In this document: one piece after another, positions 38,370-50,101 of the stretch
Layout of the letters: every line of letters starts with the position of its first letter
Numbering within the stretch: the first letter of the stretch is position 1
Assembly (NCBI RefSeq): GCF_963921235.1
Contig: NC_086097.1
Location: forward strand, 163,744,001-163,808,000
Direction: 5' to 3'
DNA: 64,000 nt
Origin: Mobula hypostoma
Lineage: Eukaryota
Made by a program: the position numbers and the translations under genes
Notes under the pieces: model-generated
Databases searched by the model: none
What the model saw: the letters and a program-made list of their open reading frames with translations, nothing else
What the model was told of the DNA's origin: nothing

Positions 38370-39480
38370 GTTACTAGCATGGTTAAAGCATTGAGTGATT
38401 GATAGGAGGGAGCAAATGGGAATAAAAGTATGCTTTTCTGGTTGGCAGCCTGCGACTCGTGGTGTTCCACTGGAGTGGGTGTTGGGACTACTTCTTTTTA
38501 TGCTGTATACCAATGACTTACATGATGGAATAGATGTCTTTTTTGCCAAGTTTGCAGATGATGCGAAGATTGGTGGAGGGGCAGATAGTTTTGAGGAAAC
38601 AGGAAGGCTGCAGAACGGCTTAGGTAGATTAGGAAAATGGGCAAGAAAATGGCAAATGAAATACAATGTTGGAAAATGCATGGTCATACACTTTAGTAGA
38701 AGAAATAAATCTGTAGACTATTTTCTAAATGGGGAAAGAATCCAAAAATCTGAGATGCAAAGGAACTTGAGCCCTTGTATGGAACATCCTAAAGGTTAAC
38801 TTGCAGGTTGAGTCAGTGGTGAGTAAGGCAATTGCAATGTTAGCATTGATTTCAAGAGGTCTAGAATATAAGAGCAGGGATGTGTTGCTGAGGCTTTATA
38901 AGGCACTGGTGAGGCTTCACCTTGAGTATTCTGAACAGCTTCGGGCTCCTTATCTAAGAAAGTATATTTTGGCATTGACGAAGATTCAGAGGAAATTCAC
39001 AAGGATGGTTCCAGGAATGAAAGGGTTATCATATGAGGAACATTTGATGGTTCTGGGCCTGTATTCGCTGGAATTTAGAAGGATGAGGGGGGATCTCATT
39101 GAAACCTTTCGAATGTTGAAAGGCCTAGACAGTGTAGATGTGGATAGGATGTTTTCCATTTTGGAGGAGTCTAGGACAAGAGGGCATAGCCTCAGGATAG
39201 AGGGGTGTCCATTTAAAACAGAGATGCAGAGAAATTTATTTTGCCAGAGGATGGTGAATTTGTGGAATTTGTTACCACAGGCATCTGTGGAGGTCAGGTT
39301 GTTGGGTGTATTTCAGGCAGAGATTGATAGGTTCTTGATTGGACATGGCATCAAAGGTTACAGGGAGAAAGCCGGGAAGTGAGTCTGAGGAGGGGAGAAG
39401 AGGATGAAACATAATTGAATAGCAGAGCAGACTCGATGGGACAAATGCCCTAATTCTGCTTCTATGTCTTACGGTCTTAT
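38370..39480 (+). mobile_element. CR1 ORF2 3' part
   Basis: GVPLEWVLG, KFADDAKIGG, LYKALVRLHLEY; one frameshift; 3' tail (TCTTA)n-like. Confidence 0.9.
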
Positions 39481-40330
39481 TTAAACTGCCTACTCCCATC
39501 AACTTGCACTGGGACAATCAACCTCCATACCCCTACAATCTATGTACTCATCCATCGAGCTAGCATGCACCATTTGCACTAGCAGTTCGTTCCACACTCT
39601 CATGACCCTCTAAGGAAAGAAGCTTCCCCCTCCTGTTCCCCTTAATCTTTTCACCTTTCACCCTTAACACATGACCCTAGTTGTAGTCCCACTCAAGCTC
39701 AAAGGAAAAAAGCCTGCATTTACTCGATCTATACCCCTCATCATTTTGCATACCACTATCAAATCTCCTCTCAATCTTCTACATTTCAAGGATTAAACTC
39801 CTAACCTATTCAACCTTTCTGTATAACTTGGGTCATCCAGTCCTAGTAACAACCCTGTAAATTTTCTCTGTACTCTTTCAACCTTATTTACATCTGTCCT
39901 GTAAGTAGATGACCAGACCTGCACACAATACTCCAAGTTAGGCCTAACCAAAGTCTTCTACAACTTCAACATAACATCCCATCTCTTGTACTCAATGCTT
40001 TGATTTATGAAGGCCAACATGCCAAAAGCTGCCTTTATGATTGTATCTACCTTTGACACCACTTTCAATGAAATATGGACCTCTATTCTAGATTCCTTTT
40101 TTTTCTACCACACTCTTCAGTGCCCTACCATTCACTGTGTAATAACTACCCTGGTTGGCCCTACTGAAGTGCAACACCTTGCAGCTGTCTGCATTAAATT
40201 CCATCTGCCATTTTTCCTGCTAGTCCAGATCACACTGCAAGCCATGATAGTCATCCTTGCTGTCCACTACACCCCTAACCTTGGGGCATCTGCTATTTTG
40301 ATGATCCTTTTAACCATGTTATCATCCAGA
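39480..40330 (-). mobile_element. CR1 3' fragment
   Basis: Reverse complement of CR1 RT/C-terminal sequence; related to about 1670-2060. Confidence 0.7.
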
Positions 40331-41540
40331 TAGACAAAGGAGAATTGATGTTGTGCACTTGGATTTTCAGAAGGCCTTTGACAAGGTGCAGCACATGAAA
40401 CTGCTTAACAAGTTAAGAGCACATGGTATTTCAGGGAAAATACTAGCAAGAATAGAGCATTGGCTGAGTGGCAGGAGGGCAGGAGTGGGAATAAAGGGAC
40501 CCTACTCTGGTTGGCTGCCAGTGACTAGTGGTGTTCCACAGGGGCCTGTGCTGGGACTGCTTTTTACGTTATATGCCAAGATTTTGAATGATGGAATAGA
40601 TGGCTTTATGGCCAGGTTTGTAGATGATACAAAGATAGGTGAGAGGCAGTTATTTTTGAGGAAATTGAGAGGCTACAGAAAGACTTGTACAGATTAGGAG
40701 AATGGGCAAAGAAGTGGTAGATGGAATACAGACTCAGGACATGTATGGTCATGCACATTGGTAGAAAAAATAAAAATGTAGACTATGTTCTAAATGGAGA
40801 GAAAATTCAAAAATCTGAGGTGCAAGGGGACACGGATGTCATCATGCAGGATTCCTAAAAAAATAATTTGCAGTTTGAATTGGTGTTGAGGAATGCAAAT
40901 ACAATATTGGCATTCATTTCAAAAGGACTAGAATATAAAAGCAAGGACATGATGTTGAGGCTTTATAAAGCACTGTGATGCCTCACTTGGAGTCCTGTAA
41001 GCAGTTTTGGGCCCCAGATCTAAGAAATGATGTGCTGACATTGGAGAGTATTCAAAGGATGTTCATGAAAATTATTCCTGGATTGAAAGACTAGTCATAT
41101 GTGGAGCAATTGATGGCTGCAGGCTCTGCTCACTGGAATTCAGAAGAATTAGAGGTGACCTCATTGAAGTCTATCAAATGTTGAAAGGCCTCGATTGAGA
41201 GGATGTGAAGAGGATATTTGCTATGGTGGAGGTGTCTAAGATCAGAGGACACAGCCTCAGAACAGAGGAGTGTCATTTTAGAATGGAGATGAAGTGGAAT
41301 TTCTTTAGCCAGAGAGTGGTGAATCTCTGAAATTCATTGCCATGGGCAGCTGTGGAGGCTAAGTCATTAGGTATATTTAAGACAGAAGTTGATAAGATTC
41401 TTGATTAGCCAGGGCATGAAAGGGTAAAGGGTGAAGGTAGGAGATTGAGGCTGAGAGGGAAAATGGATCAGCCATGATGAAATGGTAGAGCAGACTTAAT
41501 GGGCCAAATGGCCTCTTTCTGCTCCTACATCTTTTGGTCT
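40330..41540 (+). mobile_element. CR1 ORF2 3' part, degenerate
   Basis: [31 protein letters not shown]1 3' tail. Confidence 0.85.
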
Positions 41541-41632
41541 TATAAAGTCAACTAAGCACATTAGCTCTGTTTAGGACCCATTCTGAGAAAACACTGAAAT
41601 ATATATACGCGGCAGAGTGACAAGGCAATGTT

Positions 41633-41650
41633 TGTGTGTGTGTGTGTGTG
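41633..41650. repeat. (TG)9 microsatellite
   Basis: Read directly from the sequence. Confidence 0.9.
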
Positions 41651-43749
41651 TATAAAGCGTGTGTTTAGCGAGTGCTCCATGTCACAGTCCTTTTCTGGTC
41701 AAGTTTGGCTAGCTCCTCTCTCGTATCTCTGCAATTCCCTTTTTTTCACTGCAATACTGATACATTTGATTTAACCTTTTCCCTCTCAAACTGCGAGGTG
41801 AATTCTATCATATTATGATCACTGTCTCCTAAGGGTTCTGTTACCTTAAGCTCCCTAATCAAATCCATATCCTTCTACAGTATGGCAACCAGTACAGCAC
41901 ATAATACTCCAAATATAGTCTAACCAAAAGTTTTATAAAGTTGTGACATGACTTTCTAACTTTTATACTTGATGCCTCAACCTTTCACATGCCACATACC
42001 TTCTTTACCAGTCCATCTACCTATGTTGTAACTTTCAAGGAGCTATGGATTTGTACCCCAAAACTCCTCTGCACATTGGTGCTTTTAAGAGTCCTGCCTT
42101 TTACTGCATGCTGTTTTCTTGCAAATGATCTCCCAAAATATGTCATCTCACACTTGTTTGGATTAAACTCCAAATCTCTCCTCCCAATTTTCCAGCTGAT
42201 CTATGCCATGCTCTATACTTTGATCATCTTCCTTGATATGCACAGCTCCAGCAATTTACAAATCATTTCCCAAAATTCCAAATTGTCATTAAGTTTCCAG
42301 CATTCCTCAGTATCAGAATACTGCTTTCAGTAAACTAATTTAAACCCTCAACACATTTGTTGCTTCTTTACCTAATCATCAGTAAGTATCTTAAATGCTG
42401 TCATGTTACATCCAGTCATCTTTTTTGTTCCAACCATAGGAAGATTATTACAATTTTAGTGTCGGGAATGCGTGCCGTTTCTATCGCACCAGAAACTAAC
42501 AGAGTAGCAAAATCTAGGACAAAGGACAGATGTCAACAGTACAAATCCATTTCTGAAAGTGGCTCTTACTGTGAAAACCAATTGTCTGCTGCTTGGATGA
42601 ACATTTCAAGATAGATGGTTTCCTTACCAGGATATAACCCTTTGGGAGACAATGTGTTTTTGCAACAAATTGAACACTTTTGCCTGAAGGTCTCTGTTCT
42701 TGCTGGTGTCTCATAGATGCTTTATCCATATCGTGGTAGAGGCAATGATTGCTTCACATTAGCAGGAAATAAATCTTCTCAAAATAACCAGTAAACAGTG
42801 TAATGCCCTTTGAAAGGAAGATAGCCCTCAATCCCCCGGAGACAAGTCTAGTAAGCAAGAGAATGGGTCTGAAGGGTCATTTGGAATTAGGTACAGATAC
42901 TAGAGGTTTACAGAAGCGTGATCTTGAATACCTAAGGCTCCTGTAACTGTATGTATCAAGAAATTCATTATAAAAGGCTCTGCTTCTGCAAACATCATGG
43001 AACCCAAATGCACAACAGAAGCATATAAACCAGTACAACATTCTGCTAAATAAAAAAATAACTTAAAGAGACTTTATTCTCCAACCACTGTTTACTGGAA
43101 ACTTTAGGTTGGTCTTATTTTCTGAACTGTTTGGCAAAGGAAATAAAATTTTATTTTGATATCGTAGAGCTTAAAAGATTAAATGATAGACACTGGTAGC
43201 AGAAAGTTTACTTGTATTCGCTTGAGTTTAGAAGCTTGAGGGAAGATCTAATTGAAGTGTATAGTGTGATTAAGTAGCAGAAAGAAAGGAACTGTTTGCA
43301 TTGGCCTGCTGTGTTCACCAGCATTTTTTGTGTGTGTTGTTTGCATTGGTAATGGGTTCTACAAAAATGCTAAAATCACTGTTGAGCTATTTAGGAGTGT
43401 GGACAGTGTGGCCAGTCACATTTTGAATGGAGGAGGTAGGGGGTTCTGAAACCGGTTCTTTCTGTACCTCAAACCTATCCAACCAAACTGACTCAGGGTA
43501 CACGGCCAATTTGTTTTGAAGACAAGGAAGAGAAACTTAGACTGAATTGCAAAGGAGTGTGTGGGAATTTAGATTTTACTTCTTGAAAAGCTTTGGTGCC
43601 AACAAATGATAAGAATTGTTTGTTTCAGAAACATCCGACTAATTGAATTAACAAGTAAATTCAGCAAATAGCCTGTAGTCTTTCATTTCACATTCACCGT
43701 GCTTGCTTCAGAATTCCCTCAGGGTGTTTTTACATAAGACATTAAAAAG

Positions 43750-43860
43750 GAGAAGGACTTGCATGTATGTTGTATATTTCACATCTTCAGGATGCCCCAG
43801 GTGGTTTATGGACGATGAAGTGCTTTTGAAGCAAAGTCACTTTTGAATGTAGGATCCAGT
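43750..43860 (-). mobile_element. Possible old L2-tailed SINE 3' end
   Basis: ACTTGCAT...TTTCAC..CTTCAGGATG.CCCA...GATGAAGTGCTTTTGAAG..AGTCACT resembles elasmobranch Deu-type SINE tails, recognised from memory only. Confidence 0.35.
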
Positions 43861-45240
43861 GTTTGGACAATTTAAATGTGGGCCAGATAGATAGGAAAGG
43901 CAAGGTGTCAGGACTGGAAGCGAGCGCTGGGCCGATTTTGCTCGCTCTCCCATGACGTTCACTCCTCTCTCGGTGACCCTGAGGCTATGAGACTGCCCCG
44001 GCTTCCTGTAGTTTGTGTCTGCGAGCTTTGCAGCAATTTGCCCCATTGATATGATGAACTGAGACCAAGGTTTCGGCGTACTCCGGGGATAAGAGTTGAA
44101 GGACTCAATCTGGTTCAGAATGCTGTTTCTCGCTTTTATTGTTTGCACGATTTGTGTATTTTCCTTTTTCTCTGCGTATTGGGTGTTGGTCCTTTTTTTA
44201 AATTGGGTGCTTTCGAGTTTCTTGCTTTGTGGTTGCCTTTCATAGAAACATAGAAAACCTGCAGCACAATTCAGGCCCTTTGGCCCATAAAGCTGTGCCG
44301 AACATGTCTTTACCTGAAAAATTACCTAGGGTTACCCATAGTCCTCTATTTTTCTGAGCTCCAAATACCTGTCCAGGAGTCTCTTAAGAGACTCTGTAGT
44401 ATCGCCTCCACCACTGTCACCGGCATCCCATTCCACACACTCACTACTCTCTGCGCAAAAAACTTACCCCTGATATCTCCTCTGTACCTACTTCCAAGCA
44501 TCTTAAAACTGTGCTCTCTTGTGCTAGCCACTTCAGTCTTGGGGAAAAAGCCTCTCACTATCCACACAATCAATGCCTCTCATAATCTTATACACCTCTA
44601 TCAGGTCACCTCTCATTCTCTGTCGCTACAAGGATAAAAAGCTCCTTCCTGCTAGCCTTATAATCTTCTAGCTCTCTACCATTACCTAGCTTTTTGAACC
44701 TTTCGTTAGCTCTTCTTTTCCTCTTGATTAGATTTACAATAGCTTTTGTACACCACAGTTCCTGTCCCCTACCATCCTTTCCCTGTCTCATTGGAACGTT
44801 CCTATGCAGAACTCCACACAAATATCCCCTGACCATTTTCCATACTCCTTCGGTACATTTCCCTGAGAACATCCATTTCCAATTTATGCTTCCAAGTTCC
44901 TGCCTGATAGGCTCATATTTCCCCTTACTCCAATTAAATGTTTTCTTAACTTGTCTGTTCCTATCCCTCTCCAATTCCAGGGTAAAGGAGACAGAGTTGT
45001 GTTCACTATCTCCAAAATGCTCTCCCACTGAGAGACCTGACACCCGACCAGGTTCATTTTCCAATACCAAATCAAGTACAGTCTCTCCTCTTGTAGGCTT
45101 ATCTACATATTGTGTCAAGTAACCTCCCTGAACACACCTAACAAACTCCATCCTATCCAAACCCCTCACTCTAGGGACATGCCAATCAATATTTGGGGTA
45201 TTAAAATCTCCTACCACAACAACCCTGTTGTTATTACACC

Positions 45241-46100
45241 TGTTACGTACCCCGTAACTGGGTTGCCAAACCAGCAGAAATGGATCACTCAGTTGGAGTC
45301 TGGAGTACTAGAACTAAGAAAGTTTTATTAAAGAAACAAGCAACACAGTAATCGAAAGGATAATAAATGCAACAATTCAACAATGATAACCACACATGTG
45401 CACAGAATTAAAATAACAGCATCAATCAAGCTCTATCGTTGTCTAGGGGTAAATCACCAATTTCAAAATGACTCAAAGTTCAGTCCAGTTAGTAGTTCAG
45501 TTCGCAGTAATCGTTGCCATGGCGATGGACAAGGTGGGGGAAGAGAGACAGAGAGAACAGGAACAACTCATCATTCAGCACAGCTTCACTCACAGATCAG
45601 CGGGATGGCTCACAAGCAACTTTTGGGCGGGTCCTTGGTGATGTCACCTGAGGTCACCGACTGTGACCCCTCCTCCAGATGCGGTCGATCCTCTGCAGTG
45701 AACCCGGCACCCAGGCAAGGGCGGACACACACCGGGTTCCCGCTGATCGTACCTTTCCACCCTTGTCGTTGTCTGGCACTTCTCACCCACTCGTGAGAGG
45801 CGCACCGCTTCCAGGGTCTCGTTACCTCGGGTGGCGTGTGTGTCGCCTTAGCGAACCTGTCCCTTTTTATCCCCCTGCTGGGGTATCGCCTGTCCATCAC
45901 TTCAAACAGTTCAAGGTTCAAAGAGGGGAGCCGCTCCAGACAGCTCTCTCTCCCACATCCCTTCATTACACATCTCCAGACGCTGCTCCATTGTTCCTTA
46001 TCTCTCCTTCCCCTGAGGGCAGGTGGCAGACCAACTGCTGATGCCACTGATGCTAGCCCAGGCCAGCAAACATCTTAATTTTATGTGTATTCTCGTAACA
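45241..46100 (-). repeat. 3' LTR (860 bp)
   Basis: Direct repeat of 49240-50101; adjacent to the polypurine tract; minus-strand AATAAA at 45324-45329. Confidence 0.95.
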
Positions 46101-46112
46101 CTTCCCCCCTTT
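46101..46112 (-). promoter_or_regulatory. Polypurine tract
   Basis: Minus strand AAAGGGGGGAAG directly abuts the 3' LTR. Confidence 0.85.
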
Positions 46113-46272
46113 AAGGATTTTTACCGGGAGGTAAAAATTACAAACATGACTACATTATTTGATACATACACAATGTACATCTTTAACAGTTATTTAGCTA
46201 ATACAGAGAATTTGAAGCTGTCAACACCTTGACAGACAGTCATCATATTTTCTGTTCCTTTTACACGTGTTA

Positions 46273-49140
46273 TTAATAATCCCTTAGACCAGGCTCCAAC
46301 TCAGCAAACTTCATAGTGGCCAAAAACACTGATGAATTGCGACCAATGTAACCTCTCATTTGGTTTTGTCCCGGACCACAATAACAAGGGTCGTCCCATT
46401 CCGACTCAGTTTTCTCTCGCAAGGGCTTAGTAGGAGGGGGACGGGTATTGACCGCAGAGTTATTGCAAAACTTCCTGCAGTACCCCACCATCTCCAAAAG
46501 CCTTCTGAGGGCCCTCTTGTCTGTCGGGGTTGGGAGGTCAGCGATAGCCTGCACTGTAGCTTGCATCACTACCAGCTGCCCCTGTGTCACCACAATTCCC
46601 AGGTAAGTGACCTTTGTGTGGCCGAATTCATTTTTTTCAAGGTTCACTATCAAACTGGCTTCAGACAGCCGTATTAAATTGCCAATACACACCTCTGTGT
46701 TCATCAGCCCTTTAGTCACTGAATTACTCAAAAAATATGGGTGTTGTTTACTTGGCCGCCCTATTGTAACCACAATCACCCAACGTCCCAGTTCTTTGCA
46801 TTTCCTCGGGACAATCAAACACATGGGTGCGAGTCGTTTAATTACTCCTTCGGGGATTAAGGGAGAGACCTTATCAGTAGACCTGGCCAAAACAATAGCC
46901 TTCTCCCATCTGACCGATCCCATCCTAATCTTTTCAAAATGGTTTTTTCCTCTTAGCAGGGGGCCCCTAGCTTCATTGATTTCCACGCTAACACCGACCA
47001 GGTTTGTTAGCATATCAAAAACCGGTGACCGTCTCAGTTCGCGTCGGTCATGATCAATAACATTTTTCCCCCTGGGCAGCCGGTAAATCTCTTTCATGAT
47101 TCCACCAACTGTTTCCTCCAGCACCGCAAAATGTCCACCGGGGGGTACCTCGTGGGCCATGTTAAAAACCTCATCCCCATAACTCTTTTGCACCACCCCC
47201 CACTCCTCATCTGCGGATACTGTCCTTGATTTCCCTTTCTTCCTTAGCACTTCCTCATCCGCACAATAGCCTACTAGTTCCCTTGTCAAGGCTGTGTCAG
47301 AGAGAGCGGTCTCTGCCAAAACCATCAGCCCCTCGTCTCGCTCCTGCGTCTGCACAAATTCTTTCCTGGCTACTGCTACGTCTGTCCCAACTCCCTCACT
47401 ACCACTTGTCTCACTACCCTCTTTCTTTCCATTTTCTACCCCCTTCTCGTACAAGGTTGGCAAAAATGTTTCAGCTAAATTCACTATCGCGGGCGGGGCC
47501 TCAATGCTGGCAGGCTGACCTGTCAATCTCACGACTGGGAACACGATTCCTCCGGCGATGTCATTACCGAGCAAGACTTCCACGTCTTTCATCGGTAATT
47601 CGGACCTCACCCCGATCGTGACTAGTCCAGAGACCAGGTTGCTCTGTAAATGTATCTGGTGCAAAGGGACTGACTCTGTCCCTTCCCCAACACCTTTGAC
47701 CTCTACCTCCCCAGTCTGGGTCTCTGAGCTAAACTCTAATACACTCTTCAGTATTAGTGACTGACACGCTCCCGTGTCTCTCCAGATCCGCACTGGAACT
47801 GGTTTTAACCTCTCCTTCACTGACACCAGTCCGGCCGAGATAAACCTCTCGCGCCCTTCCTGGACTTTTTCAGACCTGTCCTTCCCTAGCGGTTCGCTTA
47901 ACAGCTCAATACAGCCATTCAAAATTTCCGCTTTTCCTTTCCCCGTCTCCTTCCTTGGGGCAAAGCACCTGGACGCAAAGTGTCCGACTTTCCCACAATT
48001 ATAACAGACGACCCCAGGAGACTTCCTACCAGACTGCTCCCGGTCTACCTTATCCTTTTCACTAGTCCCCGGCTTACTTTCTGACTTTTCCGGCGGACTC
48101 TCCCCGCCGTCCTGACTACCCTTCTGGTAGCCTTTACTCGGGGCAACCTTCATTTTATGCGTCAACGCATACTCATCCGCTAACTTAGCAGTTGCGGCTA
48201 ACGTGGCTGCCTCTTTCTCATCGAGGTAGGGTCTCATACCCTCAGGGACACAACCTTTAAACTGCTCAATCAGAATCAGTTGCAGCAGTCTGTCATAATC
48301 CCCCTCTACCCCTTTCGAGGCGCACCAACGCTCACAATATGTTTGCATCTCACGAGCAAACTCCAAATACGTGCGGTCCCACCGCTTCCTCGCATTCCGG
48401 AACCTCTGCCGGTATGCCTCCGGGACCAACTCATAAATCCTGAGGATGGCCTCCTTCACCACCTCATACTTCTGGGCATCTTCCGCGGATAAAGCTGAGT
48501 AAGCTTGTTGGGCCTTCCCTTTCAGTACACTCTGAAGTAAAACAACCCACTTATCCCTCGGCCATTCCTGACTTATAGCCACCTTTTCGAAGTGGAGAAA
48601 GTACCGATCCACATCGGTATCGTCAAATGGGGGAACCAGCCTAACCTCCTGGGTCGCCCGGAACCCTCCACCTTGGTTCGGCACGAGCCCCTGCTCGGCC
48701 CTTATCTTTAACTTCTCCAGCTCAAATTCCCTTTCCCTCTGTTTCTCCTCTCTCTCCATCTGTCTGTCCCTCTCTCTCTCTTCTCTCTCCAACTGTCTTT
48801 CTTTCTCCTGCCTTTCTAACTCTCTCTCCTGCCTTTCTAACTGCTTCTCTTCGTGTTCTAACTGCCGTACCCGGAACTCGTGCTCGAGTCTCAGTTTTTC
48901 AAGCTGTACCTGTACCGCGTCTCCAGCAGGTTTTTCAATAGACACCTCCCCCAGCTCACCTTGGGGAAACACACCTTTAGATACATAGTGCTCTACAATA
49001 GCTCTGTGTATCTCCTCTCTCCTCATTGTCGACTTCACCTTGGCAAGATTCAACCGTTTGGCCACAGCTATCAATTCCGATTTCCTGGCATCCTCTAATG
49101 CCTCCAAGGTCGGCGCCTTTATAAATTCCTCAACCTCCAT
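46273..49140 (-). CDS. 955-aa Gag-protease polyprotein fused in frame to degenerate integrase and RT remnants
   Basis: Coiled-coil E/R/Q region; SCAN-like capsid (VPPFDDTDVDRYFLHFEK...YELVPEAYRQRFR); zinc knuckle CYNCGKVGHFASRC; aspartic protease RDTGACQS...LLGND; integrase N-terminal remnant AHEVPPGGHF; RT C-terminal remnant VTYLG...ALRRLLEMVGYCRKFC. No YxDD, DDE core or RNase H recognisable. Confidence 0.88.
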   Translation of the reverse strand: MEVEEFIKAPTLEALEDARKSELIAVAKRLNLAKVKSTMRREEIHRAIVEHYVSKGVFPQGELGEVSIEKPAGDAVQVQLEKLRLEHEFRVRQLEHEEKQLERQERELERQEKERQLEREERERDRQMEREEKQREREFELEKLKIRAEQGLVPNQGGGFRATQEVRLVPPFDDTDVDRYFLHFEKVAISQEWPRDKWVVLLQSVLKGKAQQAYSALSAEDAQKYEVVKEAILRIYELVPEAYRQRFRNARKRWDRTYLEFAREMQTYCERWCASKGVEGDYDRLLQLILIEQFKGCVPEGMRPYLDEKEAATLAATAKLADEYALTHKMKVAPSKGYQKGSQDGGESPPEKSESKPGTSEKDKVDREQSGRKSPGVVCYNCGKVGHFASRCFAPRKETGKGKAEILNGCIELLSEPLGKDRSEKVQEGRERFISAGLVSVKERLKPVPVRIWRDTGACQSLILKSVLEFSSETQTGEVEVKGVGEGTESVPLHQIHLQSNLVSGLVTIGVRSELPMKDVEVLLGNDIAGGIVFPVVRLTGQPASIEAPPAIVNLAETFLPTLYEKGVENGKKEGSETSGSEGVGTDVAVARKEFVQTQERDEGLMVLAETALSDTALTRELVGYCADEEVLRKKGKSRTVSADEEWGVVQKSYGDEVFNMAHEVPPGGHFAVLEETVGGIMKEIYRLPRGKNVIDHDRRELRRSPVFDMLTNLVGVSVEINEARGPLLRGKNHFEKIRMGSVRWEKAIVLARSTDKVSPLIPEGVIKRLAPMCLIVPRKCKELGRWVIVVTIGRPSKQHPYFLSNSVTKGLMNTEVCIGNLIRLSEASLIVNLEKNEFGHTKVTYLGIVVTQGQLVVMQATVQAIADLPTPTDKRALRRLLEMVGYCRKFCNNSAVNTRPPPTKPLREKTESEWDDPCYCGPGQNQMRGYIGRNSSVFLATMKFAELEPGLRDY

Positions 49141-49210
49141 TTCTGCTGTTTGTCTTTTCTTTCTTTCGGGAATTTTAACCCAATCAATTTACTCCGTCCC
49201 AAATTTAGCG

Positions 49211-49235
49211 TTCAAAATCGCGGACGAGAACCCCA
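49211..49235 (-). promoter_or_regulatory. Primer-binding site resembling tRNA-Pro complement
   Basis: Minus strand reads TGGGGTTCTCGTCCGCGATTTTGAA, starting after a 4-nt spacer (TAAG) next to the 5' LTR; an imperfect match to the canonical PBS-Pro TGGGGGCTCGTCCGGGAT. Confidence 0.75.
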
Positions 49236-49239
49236 CTTA

Positions 49240-50101
49240 TGTTACGTACCCCGTAACTGGGTTGCCAAACCAGCAGAAATGGATCACTCAGTTGGAGTCT
49301 GGAGTACTAGAACTAAGAAAGTTTTATTAAAGAAACAAGCAACACAGTAATCGAAAGGATAATAAATGCAACAATTCAACAATGATAACCACACATGTGC
49401 ACAGAATTAAAATAACAGCATCAATCAAGCTCTATCGTTGTCTAGGGGTAAATGACCAATTTCAAAATGACTCAAAGTTCAGTCCAGTTAGTAGTTCAGT
49501 TCGCAGTAATCGTTGCCATGGCGATGGACAAGGTGGGGGAAGAGAGACAGAGGGAACAGGAACAACTGATCATTCAGAGCACTGCTTCACTCACAGACTG
49601 GCGAGATGGCTCACAAGCAACTTTTGGGCGGGTCCTTGGTGATGTCACCTGAGGTCACCGACTGTGACCCCTCCTCCAGATGCGGTCGATCCTCTGCAGT
49701 GAACCCGGCACCCAGGCAAGGGCGGACACACACCGGGTTCCCGCTGATCGTACCTTTCCACCCTTGTCGTTGTCTGGCACTTCTCACCCACTCGTGAGAG
49801 GCGCACCGCTTCCAGGGTCTCGTTACCTCGGGTGGCGTGTGTGTCGCCTTAGCGAACCTGTCCCTTTTTATCCCCCTGCTGGGGTATCGCCTGTCCATCA
49901 CTTCAAACAGTTCAAGGTTCAAAGAGGGGAGCCGCTCCAGACAGCTCTCTCTCCCACATCCCTTCATTACACATCTCCAGACGCTGCTCCATTGTTCCTT
50001 ATCTCTCCTTCCCCTGAGGGCAGGTGGCAGACCAACTGCTGATGCCACTGATGCTAGCCCAGGCCAGCAAACATCTTAATTTTATGTGTATTCTCGTAAC
50101 A
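49240..50101 (-). repeat. 5' LTR (862 bp)
   Basis: Direct repeat of 45241-46100; followed on the minus strand by the primer-binding site. Confidence 0.95.

Larger units (their letters stand above)
45241..50101 (-). mobile_element. Young, internally deleted Gmr1-like (Ty3/Gypsy) LTR retrotransposon
   Basis: Two nearly identical LTRs with TGTTACG...CGTAACA termini; 4-bp TSD CACC (45237-45240 and 50102-50105); PBS and PPT present; single long ORF; interrupts a CR1 endonuclease region that rejoins across it. Confidence 0.95.

Noticed and set aside
45610..46047. 145-aa ORF (and overlapping ORFs) repeated at 49611-50048
   Set aside because: Identical only because they lie inside the two LTRs; no recognisable protein motif.
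46273..49140. Domesticated SCAN/Gag host gene or endogenous retrovirus
   Set aside because: Flanked by near-identical LTRs with TSD, PBS and PPT, so it is a recent mobile insertion; no env, and the motifs are Gypsy-type.
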